Shown here: piece after piece, positions 39,678 through 48,193 of the stretch
How positions within the stretch are numbered: the first letter of the stretch is position 1
Layout: each line of letters begins with the position of its first letter
NCBI GenBank assembly: GCA_021828055.1
Contig: JAKATH010000001.1
Span: 16,707 to 80,706, forward strand
Origin: Actinomycetes bacterium
GTDB taxonomy: Bacteria > Actinomycetota > Acidimicrobiia > Acidimicrobiales > RAAP-2
Reading direction: 5' to 3'
Length of the DNA stretch: 64,000 nucleotides
Translations under genes and position numbers: made by a program
The notes under the pieces: model-generated
Databases searched by the model: none
Told to the model about the DNA's origin: nothing
Seen by the model: only the letters and a program-made list of their open reading frames with translations

Positions 39678-40763
39678 TCACGCCGCGATCGTCTTGGCGA
39701 AGTTCGTGAGGGCTCGGCTCCCCGTCTCGATCACCACCAGGGTGTCCTCGATCCGGACGCCGCCGGTCCCCGGGAGGTACACCCCCGGCTCCACCGTGAC
39801 GATCATGCCTGCGGCCAGGGTAGCAGTGCCCAGCGCGTTCACCGTCGGCGCCTCGTGGATGTCGAGCCCCACGCCGTGACCGGTGCCGTGCTCGAACCGC
39901 TCCGCCCAGCCGGCCGCCGCGATCACGTCGCGGCAGATTGCGTCGACCGTTCGGCACGCCACGCCCGGAGCCACCGCCGCCACCCCGCGCGCCTGGGAGT
40001 CGGCCACGACGTCGAACACCCTGGCCAGCTCGCCCTCGGGCTCGCCCCCCACGAAGAACGTCCGGGTCATGTCCGACCGGTAGCCGTCGAAGGTCGCGCC
40101 GAAGTCGATCACGACGGCCTCCCCCCGCCCGATCCTGCGGTCCGTCGGGCGGTGGTGCGGCTTGGCCGAGTTCGGCCCGGCCGCGACGATGGTCTCGAAG
40201 GCGACGCTCTCGGCGCCCCCCCGGCACATCGCGGTGTCGAGATCCAACGCGAGCTCCGCCTCCGTCACCCCGCTCGACAGCATGGTGACCACCTCTTGGA
40301 GCGCGGCGTCGGCGATCGCGGCCGCGCGCGCGATGCGGTCGACCTCCCCGTCGTCCTTTCTCTCGCGCAGCGCCTCGACCTGCCCGCTCGTCGGGACCAC
40401 CTCGCCCACGAGCTCTCTCCACTGCCGGCTGTCGTTCCAGCTCACGTGGTCCGCCTCCAGGCCGACGTGCGCCGCGGCGGAGACGAACGCCCTCACCGCC
40501 TCCCGCTGGGCCCCCAGCGCGCCGACGGTGATCTCGACGGCGGCGCCGGCCGCCGCCACCTGCTCGGCCGACTGCGTGCGGTACCGCCCGTCGGTCGTGA
40601 GCAGCGCGCCATGTGCGCTGACCGCGAGCATGCCGGCGGAGCCGGTGAAGCCCGTCAGGTAGCGGACGTTCGAAAGGTTCGTGACGACGAGCGCGTCCAC
40701 GCCCGCGTCGTCGAGCCGTGCCCGCAGCCGGTCGAGCCTGCCTGCGACGTCCAAGGGGATCAT
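39678..40763 (-). CDS. Xaa-Pro peptidase, M24B family
   Basis: HGTGHGVGLDIHE, VEPGVY and IED metal ligands. ATG 40763 is in ATGA overlap with the aroQ stop. Syntenic with mycobacterial pepQ. Confidence 0.88.
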   Translation of the reverse strand: MIPLDVAGRLDRLRARLDDAGVDALVVTNLSNVRYLTGFTGSAGMLAVSAHGALLTTDGRYRTQSAEQVAAAGAAVEITVGALGAQREAVRAFVSAAAHVGLEADHVSWNDSRQWRELVGEVVPTSGQVEALRERKDDGEVDRIARAAAIADAALQEVVTMLSSGVTEAELALDLDTAMCRGGAESVAFETIVAAGPNSAKPHHRPTDRRIGRGEAVVIDFGATFDGYRSDMTRTFFVGGEPEGELARVFDVVADSQARGVAAVAPGVACRTVDAICRDVIAAAGWAERFEHGTGHGVGLDIHEAPTVNALGTATLAAGMIVTVEPGVYLPGTGGVRIEDTLVVIETGSRALTNFAKTIAA

Positions 40764-41269
40764 GGTCGTGGCTCCTCGTCTTCCTGGAGACCTTCGCGTG
40801 GGGGCCCGGACGCCGGGGGCGGCCCGCCTCGCACGTGCGCGCGCGCCCCGCAGATCCGCACCGCGGCTTCGACTGCGAGCTCGTAGCCGAGCCCGCCCAT
40901 GCCGGCGACGAGCCCGTCTGCGACCGGCGCGATCACCGAGGTGTGCCGGAACGGCTCCCGGGCGGCGGGGTTCGACAGGTGGAGCTCGACGACCACGCCG
41001 TCGTACGCACGGAGCGCGTCGTGGAGCGACCAGCTCGTGTGCGTGAGCGCACCGGCGTTCACCACCACCGCGTCGGCCCGCCCTCGTGCCGCGTGAACGG
41101 CGTCGACGAGCGCACCCTCGTCGTTGGTCTGGAAGTGGTCGAGCGTCCAGCCGTGGGACTCGGCGGCGGCCGTGGCGCGCCGGACGTGCGCGGCGAGCGA
41201 GCCGGCGCCGTACACCCCCGGCTCGCGGAGACCGAGCAGGTCCAGGTTCGGGCCCGAGAGCAGCGTCAC
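40760..41269 (-). CDS. aroQ: type II 3-dehydroquinate dehydratase
   Basis: LSGPNLDLLGLREPGVYG and HLSN. GTG 41269 is in GTGA overlap with the aroB stop (GTG 41275 alternative). Pro/Glu-rich C-terminal tail. Confidence 0.9.
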   Translation of the reverse strand: MTLLSGPNLDLLGLREPGVYGAGSLAAHVRRATAAAESHGWTLDHFQTNDEGALVDAVHAARGRADAVVVNAGALTHTSWSLHDALRAYDGVVVELHLSNPAAREPFRHTSVIAPVADGLVAGMGGLGYELAVEAAVRICGARAHVRGGPPPASGPPREGLQEDEEPRP

Positions 41270-42330
41270 GTGCACGTGAGCTCCTCCAGGGCGGCGAGCA
41301 CGCCCTCCGGCGCGACCTTGCGCACGAGCTCGACGCCTGCGGGGCCGTCGAGCACGAACGCCAGGTCGTGCGCAGCCTTCTTGTCACGTGCCATGTACGA
41401 GAGGAGCTCTTCCTTGTCGACGCCCGCGAGGCCCGAGGGGAGCCGGCCGGAGAGGCCGAAGCGTGCCAGCACCTCGCGATGGAACGCCACCCGGTCGTCC
41501 CCGATACGGCCGAGACGTCGGGCGAGCAGCGCAGCGTAGACGAGCCCGACGGCCACCGCCTCCCCGTGGCGGAGGTCGTCGCCCGCCTCCAGCGCGGCGG
41601 CCTCGAGCGCGTGGGCGAGGGTGTGCCCGTAGTTCAGGAGGACCCGCTCCCCCGTGTCACGCTCGTCTGCCGCGACCGCCGCCGCCTTGCGGGCGACGCA
41701 GCGGGCGACCTGGGCCTCGAGCCCGAGCAGCGGGAGGTCGGGCTCTCCGAGAAACGCGTACTTCGCCATCTCGCCGCGTCCCGACGCCCACTCGCGCGCC
41801 GGCATGGTCTCGAGCAGCGCGGTGTCGCAGATGACCCCGGACGGCTGCCAGAAGGCGCCCACGAGGTTCTTCCCTTCGGGGAGGTCGACCCCGGTCTTCC
41901 CGCCGATCGCCGCGTCGACCTGGCAGAGCAGCGACGTCGCGACGGTGCAGTACGGCGTGCCGCGGTGGTAGCAGGCCGCCACGAACCCTGCGAGGTCGGT
42001 CACGACGCCGCCGCCGACGGCCACCACCACGTCGTTCGTCGCGAGGCCCGCGCGTGAAAAGGCCCGGCAGAGCGCCTCCACGTTGGCCAGCGTCTTCGCG
42101 CGCTCTCCCGCCTCCACGGTGTGGACGGTGAACGGGACGCCGGGGTCGATCCCCGCGAACCACGGCGCGGCGGCGACCGCCTCGTCGGTGACGACCGCCA
42201 CCCGGCGCGCGGCCGGCACACGCGTCGCGAGCAGGCTCGAGAGCTCGGCCGACGCACCCTCGCCCACGAGGACGTCGTAGCCCCGCGCGCGCACGGCAAC
42301 AGGCACGGTGGTCACGTTCGACGCGCTCAT
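41266..42330 (-). CDS. aroB: 3-dehydroquinate synthase
   Basis: GGGVVTDLAGFVA, GKTGVDLP and NYGHTLAHA. ATGA overlap with the aroK stop. Confidence 0.93.
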   Translation of the reverse strand: MSASNVTTVPVAVRARGYDVLVGEGASAELSSLLATRVPAARRVAVVTDEAVAAAPWFAGIDPGVPFTVHTVEAGERAKTLANVEALCRAFSRAGLATNDVVVAVGGGVVTDLAGFVAACYHRGTPYCTVATSLLCQVDAAIGGKTGVDLPEGKNLVGAFWQPSGVICDTALLETMPAREWASGRGEMAKYAFLGEPDLPLLGLEAQVARCVARKAAAVAADERDTGERVLLNYGHTLAHALEAAALEAGDDLRHGEAVAVGLVYAALLARRLGRIGDDRVAFHREVLARFGLSGRLPSGLAGVDKEELLSYMARDKKAAHDLAFVLDGPAGVELVRKVAPEGVLAALEELTCT

Positions 42331-42893
42331 GCGCCCGCCCGCGCCTTGGGTACCCGTCGCTGCACCTCGTCGGCCACGCCCACAGGGTCGAGGTCGTCCA
42401 CGTCGACGACCACTCCGGCGACCTCTTGGTAGAGACGGCGTCGCTCCCGGTCGAGGCGCACGAGCACGCCCTCGGGGTCGTGGCAGAGGAGGGGCCGGTG
42501 GTCGTCGGCGCCCGAGCCGTCGCGGGCCGGCGCGGCCATGTCCGCGCGCACGCGCCGGAGCAGCGTCTCGGGCTTCGCACGGAGCCACACCACCGTGCCG
42601 GCGCGCCGAAGGAGCGCCCGGTTCGCCGGGTCGAGCACCGCGCCCCCCGCGACCGAGACGACCGCGGGCTCGTCGTCCTCCAGCGCGGCGGCGAGCGCCC
42701 TGCTCTCCGCGGGGCGGAACGCCTGCTCGCCGCCGGCCTCGAAGAGCTCCTTCACGGTGCGCCCGGTGAGCGCCCGGACCTCGTCGTCCGAGTCGACGTA
42801 CCGCCAACCGAGGCGGCGCGCGAGCAGCTCGCCGACCGTCGTCTTGCCGGCGCCCATCATCCCGACGAGGAGCACGCGGCGTGGCGTCGTCAT
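42327..42893 (-). CDS. aroK: shikimate kinase
   Basis: [12 protein letters not shown]-loop. ATGA overlap with the aroC stop. Confidence 0.92.
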   Translation of the reverse strand: MTTPRRVLLVGMMGAGKTTVGELLARRLGWRYVDSDDEVRALTGRTVKELFEAGGEQAFRPAESRALAAALEDDEPAVVSVAGGAVLDPANRALLRRAGTVVWLRAKPETLLRRVRADMAAPARDGSGADDHRPLLCHDPEGVLVRLDRERRRLYQEVAGVVVDVDDLDPVGVADEVQRRVPKARAGA

Positions 42894-44083
42894 GCGCGCT
42901 CGGGCGGTGACAGCGTCTCGCCGAGCGCGCCGAGGTAGCCGTCGCGGTTCCGGACCACCTCTGCGACCGAGTCCCCGCCAAACTTCCTCAGAGCCTCGCC
43001 CGCGAGCACGAGCGCCACCATCGTCTCGGCGACGACGCCCATCGCGGGCACCGAGGTGACGTCCGTGCGCTCCTTGAAGCTCACGGCCGGTTCGTTCGTG
43101 GCCACGTCCACCGTCGCGACGACGGGCCGGCTCAGCGTCGCCAGGGGCTTCATCGCCGCGCGGGCCACCAGGAGCCCGCCGATCGACATGCCGCCCTCGA
43201 TCCCGCCCGCGCGTGCCGTGTCGCGGACGTAGCCGCCCGACGCGGCGGCGGCGTGGTCGACGCGGATGGCGTCGTGCGCGGCGGAGCCGCGCCGCGTGGC
43301 CACCTCCCACCCGTCGCCGATCTCCACCGCCTTCACCGCCGGGATGCTCACCAGGGCCTGCGCGAGAAGGCCGTCGAGCCGGCGGTCCCACTGCACGTGG
43401 CTCCCGAGCCCGACGGGGACGCCGTAGGCGAGCACCTCTGCCACCCCGCCCAAGGAGTCGCCCTCCTTCGCCGCGGCCCTCACCGCGGCCACCATCCGCT
43501 CTTCGGCTTCAGGGTCGGCCGTCCGCACGGGTGAGGCGTCGATCCGCTCCAGGTCCTCGGGCCTGGGCCGCGTCTCGTCGTTCGCGCGCTCGGGGCCGAG
43601 CTGGACGACGTGGCTCAGCACGTGCATCCCGAGCCGGGCGAGCAGCAGCTTGGCGAGCGCGCCGGCCGCCACCCTCGCAACCGTCTCGCGGGCGGACGCT
43701 CGCTCGAGCACGTCGCGCGCGTCGTCGAAGCCGTATTTCTGCATGCCTGCGAGGTCCGCGTGGCCGGGACGGGGCTGGGTCAGCACCGTCGCGGGCGCGC
43801 CGGGAGCGGGCGACATCTCCTCGGTCCACTTCCGCTCCCACTCGGAGTTGCCGATCTCCATCGCGACCGGCGACCCCAGGGTCCGCCCGTGCCGCACGCC
43901 GCCCAGGATGCTGAGCTCGTCCGCCTCGAAGCGCATCCTCGGTCCTCGGCCGAAGCCCAGACGGCGACGGCGCAGCTCCGCGCTCACGTCGTCGGCCGTC
44001 ACCCGCAGCCCGGCGGGCAGGCCGTCGACCACGACGACGAGCGCCTTGCCGTGCGACTCACCGGCCGTCAGGTACCGCAGCAT
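42890..44083 (-). CDS. aroC: chorismate synthase
   Basis: [13 protein letters not shown]-terminus, 397 aa. Confidence 0.95.
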   Translation of the reverse strand: MLRYLTAGESHGKALVVVVDGLPAGLRVTADDVSAELRRRRLGFGRGPRMRFEADELSILGGVRHGRTLGSPVAMEIGNSEWERKWTEEMSPAPGAPATVLTQPRPGHADLAGMQKYGFDDARDVLERASARETVARVAAGALAKLLLARLGMHVLSHVVQLGPERANDETRPRPEDLERIDASPVRTADPEAEERMVAAVRAAAKEGDSLGGVAEVLAYGVPVGLGSHVQWDRRLDGLLAQALVSIPAVKAVEIGDGWEVATRRGSAAHDAIRVDHAAAASGGYVRDTARAGGIEGGMSIGGLLVARAAMKPLATLSRPVVATVDVATNEPAVSFKERTDVTSVPAMGVVAETMVALVLAGEALRKFGGDSVAEVVRNRDGYLGALGETLSPPERA

Positions 44084-44155
44084 CCCCCCACGCTACCGAG
44101 CGCCGGGTGCCCAGAGCGTCGTCGCCGCGCGGGCGAGGCGCTCGCCGCGCGAGGC

Positions 44156-44950
44156 CTAGCGGCCATGGAGCCAGACGCCGCCCAGCCAGGCGCCCCACAG
44201 GACGCCGAACATCGTGCCGAGCGCGAGGGCCGGCGCGAACGGGAAGCGGCGGCCGCGGGTGAAGAGGACCGCGACGCCGAACACGGCGCCCGCGACGAAC
44301 GCCGCGAGGAACCCGAGGTAGAGGGCCGCGAACCCGAGCCATCCGAGCGCGCCGCCACACAACCCGGCGAGCCGCACGTCCCCGAAGCCCATCGCCTTGG
44401 GGGAGATCCACCACACCGCCCCGAAGAGGAAGAACGCGATCGCACCGCCACCGAGTGCCTCGACCGCCGGGCGCCACGCGTGGCTCGTCGCCGAGGCGGC
44501 CAGAAGCGCCGCTCCCACCGCCGCCGCCGCCGCGTAGACGACACGGCGCGGGACGAGCCCGGTGCGGAGGTCGGTGACCGAGACGACCACGAGCGCGCCG
44601 GCGAGCACGCAGTACGCAGCGAGCTGCGGGACCGCTCCGAGCCGAACCGCGGCGAGCGTGCAGGCGGCCGCGGTGACCAGGGACACGGCTCCCGTCTCGA
44701 GCGCGGCCGGCCCACGGGCACGCACCACGGTCCCGGCCACGTCCCCCGGCGAACGGGCACCGGCTGCCGGCGTGCTGGGCGGCGGCCCGGCGGCGGCCAG
44801 CGAGGGGGAGCCGAGGGCTCCGTCGGCGGCCACGAGGGGCTCGACGGGCGCGGGGGCCGGGCGCCGGACCCGTCGCGCGACGAGGTCGAGCAACGGGCCG
44901 GCTGCTGCTCCGCCGGCGCCGCAGACGGCCACCACCCCCCAGGCCGTCAT
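44156..44950 (-). CDS. prepilin peptidase (A24 family) membrane protein
   Basis: Two catalytic Asp motifs (VTDLRTGLVP and MGFGDVRLAG) in a polytopic hydrophobic protein. Confidence 0.8.
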   Translation of the reverse strand: MTAWGVVAVCGAGGAAAGPLLDLVARRVRRPAPAPVEPLVAADGALGSPSLAAAGPPPSTPAAGARSPGDVAGTVVRARGPAALETGAVSLVTAAACTLAAVRLGAVPQLAAYCVLAGALVVVSVTDLRTGLVPRRVVYAAAAAVGAALLAASATSHAWRPAVEALGGGAIAFFLFGAVWWISPKAMGFGDVRLAGLCGGALGWLGFAALYLGFLAAFVAGAVFGVAVLFTRGRRFPFAPALALGTMFGVLWGAWLGGVWLHGR

Positions 44951-44957
44951 CGGGTGA

Positions 44958-45596
44958 TCAGTAGTACGGGTTGGCGCCGCCCGCGTGGTCCGTCACGTCC
45001 ACCACCCGGGTGAGCTCGGGGACCTCTTCGCGGAGCGCGGTCTCGATTCCCTGCGTCAGCGTCATGCGGGACATCGCGCAGCCCTGGCAGCCGCCCGAGA
45101 GCCGCAGGTACGCGACACCGCCGCCCTCGTCGATCGCGACGAGGTCGGACCGGCCGCCGTGCGCGGCGATCGAGGGGTTGACCATCTCCTCCAGCACCTC
45201 CCTCACGCGGGTGCCGAGAGGGCCGTCGAGGCCCGCCGCCATCACCTCTTCGGGGACGCCGAGCTCCTCGGGCTCGGGCGAGTTCGGGTTCGCCAGGACG
45301 AGGCCGCCCTCGCCCTCTGGGTTCCACTCGAGCCTCGCGCCGCGCAGCCGGTCGACGCTCGACTTCGGGATCACGACGGTCAGCTCGTCGTCCACGACGA
45401 CCGCGTCGTCGTCCCCGGCGTCCGCCCGGGCCTGGAAGTAGAGGTCGTAGACGAACTGGCCATGCTGCACGCCGCGCACCTCGAGCCACAGCGCGAGTCC
45501 GCCAGGGTCCTGTTCATCAGCGAGCGCCTCGCGCACGACCTGGCGCGCCTCGGGCGACAGCGTGACGACGGCGAGCTCTTCCGCGATCTGTGCCAT
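44958..45596 (-). CDS. Nfu-type Fe-S cluster assembly protein (degenerate A-type N-domain + NifU C-domain)
   Basis: C-domain VNPSIAAHGGRSDLV...LRLSGGCQGCAMSRMTLTQGIE. ATG 45596 lies 6 nt after TACAAT. Confidence 0.8.
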   Translation of the reverse strand: MAQIAEELAVVTLSPEARQVVREALADEQDPGGLALWLEVRGVQHGQFVYDLYFQARADAGDDDAVVVDDELTVVIPKSSVDRLRGARLEWNPEGEGGLVLANPNSPEPEELGVPEEVMAAGLDGPLGTRVREVLEEMVNPSIAAHGGRSDLVAIDEGGGVAYLRLSGGCQGCAMSRMTLTQGIETALREEVPELTRVVDVTDHAGGANPYY

Positions 45597-45602
45597 CGCG
45601 CC

Positions 45603-45619
45603 ATTGTACGGGGTATGGT
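45603..45619. promoter_or_regulatory. back-to-back -10 boxes for two divergent, probably leaderless genes
   Basis: TACAAT (minus, 45603-45608) is 6 nt before ATG 45596. TATGGT (plus, 45614-45619) is 8 nt before ATG 45628. The intergenic spacer is only 31 bp. Confidence 0.5.
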
Positions 45620-45627
45620 CCGGCGCC

Positions 45628-46410
45628 ATGGCCACCCGCCGCGTCCCCGTCCACGAATGGGTGAGCTTCGAGGACCCCGACGAGGACCGGACCTGGGTCT
45701 TCGACGTGACCTTCCTCACCAGCAGCTGGACCTGCATCTACGGCCGGGGCTGCCAGGGGGTCCTCACCGAGCCCGCTCCCGAGCTGGTCCACGGGTGCTG
45801 CTCCTATGGGGCGCACTTCGTCGACGACGACGACGTCCGCCGCATCGAGCGGGCGGCCGCGACGCTGAGCGACAGCCAGTGGCAGTACCGCGGCCGTGCC
45901 CTGAAGAAGGGGATCACCCGCGAGACCAGGCGGGGCGAGACCGTCACCCGGCTCGTCGACGGCGCCTGCATCTTCCTCAACCGCCCGGGCTTCCCCACCG
46001 GTCCGGGGTGCGCGCTCCACCAGGCAGCGCTCGCCTTGGGGCGGCGCCCGCTCGACCTCAAGCCGGAGGTGTGCTGGCAGCTGCCGCTCCGCAGGGAGGA
46101 CCAGGTCGCCGACGACGGCCACGTCACCTCGACGGTCGGGCAGTGGGACAGGCGCCACTGGGGAGCGGGGGGGCAGGAGTTCGCGTGGTGGTGCACCGAG
46201 TCCGACCAGGCGTTCGTCGGCACCCGGCCCGTGTACGAGGAGATGGCCGACGAGCTCGCCGAGATGACGGGCGGGAAGGTGCACCGGTTGCTCCGCGCCT
46301 ACCTCGAGGACCGGACCCAGCGAGTGCGGGAGCCGCTCCCCCACCCCGCGGTCCGTCGCCGCGAACGTCACGAGCAGGGACGCTCCCTCCCGGGGAGCGA
46401 CGCCGGCTGA
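45628..46410 (+). CDS. conserved cysteine-rich hypothetical protein (possible Fe-S/Zn cysteine-cluster protein)
   Basis: High-GC3 ORF with Cys motifs SSWTCIYGRGCQGV, HGCCSYGAHF, DGACIFLNRPGF, PGCALH and EVCWQLP. Start taken at Met23 of the track ORF. Confidence 0.7.
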   Translation: MATRRVPVHEWVSFEDPDEDRTWVFDVTFLTSSWTCIYGRGCQGVLTEPAPELVHGCCSYGAHFVDDDDVRRIERAAATLSDSQWQYRGRALKKGITRETRRGETVTRLVDGACIFLNRPGFPTGPGCALHQAALALGRRPLDLKPEVCWQLPLRREDQVADDGHVTSTVGQWDRRHWGAGGQEFAWWCTESDQAFVGTRPVYEEMADELAEMTGGKVHRLLRAYLEDRTQRVREPLPHPAVRRRERHEQGRSLPGSDAG

Positions 46411-46431
46411 CGCACCAGCCCTGCGCGCCGG

Positions 46432-46701
46432 TCAGTCGTCGAGCGGGTCGCGCTCCCAGTCGTCGTGCGAGGGCGCGAGCGACCCGAGGATCCGGTCGTA
46501 CTGGTCCTCTTCGGCGAGGCACCACGACGCGTGCACATCCTCGGGCTCGGCTCCGCACTCCGGGCACCGCTCCCCAGCGGTGGTGACTGAACGCTTGAGG
46601 CTTCGCGCTTCTTCGAAGCGCCGATGGCGTCCCTTCTTCACGACCACTCCCTTGCTGCCCGTCCGCGCTCGAGACGCTTGGTCGACCGAGCCTGGGGCCA
46701 T
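46432..46701 (-). CDS. small basic hypothetical protein with CPxC..H..C zinc-knuckle-like motif
   Basis: MAPGSVDQ...KKGRHRRFEEARSLKR...ERCPECGAEPEDVHASWC...; 89 aa from an internal Met of the track ORF. Confidence 0.5.
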   Translation of the reverse strand: MAPGSVDQASRARTGSKGVVVKKGRHRRFEEARSLKRSVTTAGERCPECGAEPEDVHASWCLAEEDQYDRILGSLAPSHDDWERDPLDD

Positions 46702-46840
46702 GTAGACGACCTGGCCGACACCTGCCCATCTCAATCGGCGAGCGCCCGGCCGCGCTGGAAGTGTAGTCGTTGGAACGCGCCCCACCTCGTCGCCTCCGGG
46801 GTGTGTGCGCCGGCTCCACCCCTCGTATGCTGGCCTGACG

Positions 46841-47053
46841 ATGCATTTCGACACTCACGCGATGCTCGCGCGGTTCCGTGAACGGGCCAAGGCGGTCAAA
46901 GACCGCGGGCTCCCTCCGGTGGAGGGGCCGGAGCGCCAGAGGTTCAGGGAGCAGGCGCAGCTCGACTACATGGACTTCGCAATGATCGGCGACGCAGAGG
47001 CGACGCTCGAGGACGGGATCCTGACCCTGCGGATCGACCTCCGCCCCCGCTGA
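46841..47053 (+). CDS. small hypothetical protein (70 aa)
   Basis: MHFDTHAMLARFRERAKAVKDRGLPPVEG... with coding-like third-position bias. TATGCT lies 9 nt before the ATG. Confidence 0.45.
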   Translation: MHFDTHAMLARFRERAKAVKDRGLPPVEGPERQRFREQAQLDYMDFAMIGDAEATLEDGILTLRIDLRPR

Positions 47054-47055
47054 CC

Positions 47056-47601
47056 TCAGCCGCCGTAGCTCATGCGGGTGTCTTCCATCCGCAGGAGCGG
47101 AGGCAGGTCGCCTTCGGGGCCGCCGACCGCGACGACCTCGCCCACGAACAGCTCGTGGCTGCCGAGCAGAAGGCGGTGCCGCAGCGAGCAGTCGAGCCAG
47201 GCGGCCGCGCGCGCGAGCACGGGCGCTCCCGTCACGTGCACGTCGACCGGCTCCCCCGCCATCGATACGACGGCGCCGCCGTTCTCCCTCTCGATCTCGT
47301 CTTCTCGGACGGGCTTGACGAAGCGCCGGACCACCGCACGCTCCTCCCGTGCGAGCAGGCTCAGCGAGAAGCCCCCGCCCGCAGCCACGAGCCCGTGGGT
47401 CACGGAGGCAACGTCGACCGCCACCCCGACGAGCTTGGGCTCGACCGCGACCTGGACCGCGAGGTTGGCGGTCATCAGGTTCACCCTGCCGCCCGCCGCG
47501 CTCCCCACCACGTAGAGGCCGCTCGGCATCGCCCACAGGACCCGCCGACGGAGACGGTCCTCGACACTGTCGGGCACGCCGCCTCCGGCACGTCCCGGCA
47601 T
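47056..47601 (-). CDS. flavin reductase-like FMN-binding protein
   Basis: LWAMPSGLYVVGSAAGGRVNLMTANLAVQVAVEPKLVGVAV...GSHELFVGEVV. The ATG shares 1 nt with the upstream stop (TGATG). Confidence 0.8.
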   Translation of the reverse strand: MPGRAGGGVPDSVEDRLRRRVLWAMPSGLYVVGSAAGGRVNLMTANLAVQVAVEPKLVGVAVDVASVTHGLVAAGGGFSLSLLAREERAVVRRFVKPVREDEIERENGGAVVSMAGEPVDVHVTGAPVLARAAAWLDCSLRHRLLLGSHELFVGEVVAVGGPEGDLPPLLRMEDTRMSYGG

Positions 47602-48116
47602 CAGAGGATCCCTGTTGTGACCGGCAGCACGGTCGTCGTCGTGGTGGGCGGCGTCGTCCCCGTGAGGATCCGGACCCGGCGCAGCACGTCGCCGAAGAGG
47701 GCCGCCGCCCGAGCGCGGTCGCGTCCGAACGCGCCGAACAGCCGGGTGCCCGCAGCCGGCGACCGGTAGCACGCCTCCGCGGCGTCGTACTCGAGCCCGT
47801 AGGCGTGCGCGAGGAGCTGGGTGACCAACGTGTCGGGTGAGGGCAGGTCGTCGTTGAATGTCTGCGCGCTGGTCGCCATCGCCGCGCACACGGTGTGCGC
47901 GGCATCGATGCCCTTGCCCGCGGCCAGCGCCTTGCGCACGTCCTGCCCGTCCTGCTCGAGCGTGCCGATGTCCTGGCCCAGGCTCGTGCTGCTCACCCAG
48001 CTCCGTAGGCGCTGCGCCGGAGTGCCCGACACGCCGTGACCCAGGGAGACGAAGGCCACGACCCCGACCGCGGCGACCACGAACGCCCCCAGCCCGAGCC
48101 ACCACCTGCTGATCAC
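47601..48116 (-). CDS. membrane-anchored hypothetical protein
   Basis: N-terminal TM helix ISRWWLGLGAFVVAAVGVVAFV and a Thr/Pro-rich C-terminus. GTG 48116 is in GTGA overlap with the micro-ORF stop. Confidence 0.7.
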   Translation of the reverse strand: MISRWWLGLGAFVVAAVGVVAFVSLGHGVSGTPAQRLRSWVSSTSLGQDIGTLEQDGQDVRKALAAGKGIDAAHTVCAAMATSAQTFNDDLPSPDTLVTQLLAHAYGLEYDAAEACYRSPAAGTRLFGAFGRDRARAAALFGDVLRRVRILTGTTPPTTTTTVLPVTTGIL

Positions 48117-48193
48117 CCCTCCAGGTCCGCCTCGGTCGCCGGCGCCACCTGAGGCGCCCTGGCCGTTTCGGTCACCGGCGCCACCTGGGTCAT
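48113..48193 (-). CDS. candidate 26-codon bridging micro-ORF (MTQVAPVTETARAPQVAPATEADLEG)
   Basis: ATG 48193 is in ATGA overlap with the tyrS stop, and its TGA is in GTGA overlap with the next gene's start. GC3-rich, and contains an in-frame 36-bp-period duplication. Confidence 0.35.
   Translation of the reverse strand: MTQVAPVTETARAPQVAPATEADLEG
48131..48190. repeat. imperfect direct repeat, 36-bp period
   Basis: CTCGGTCGCCGGCGCCACCTGAGG vs TTCGGTCACCGGCGCCACCTGGGT (20/24), inside the tyrS-downstream micro-ORF. Confidence 0.8.
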
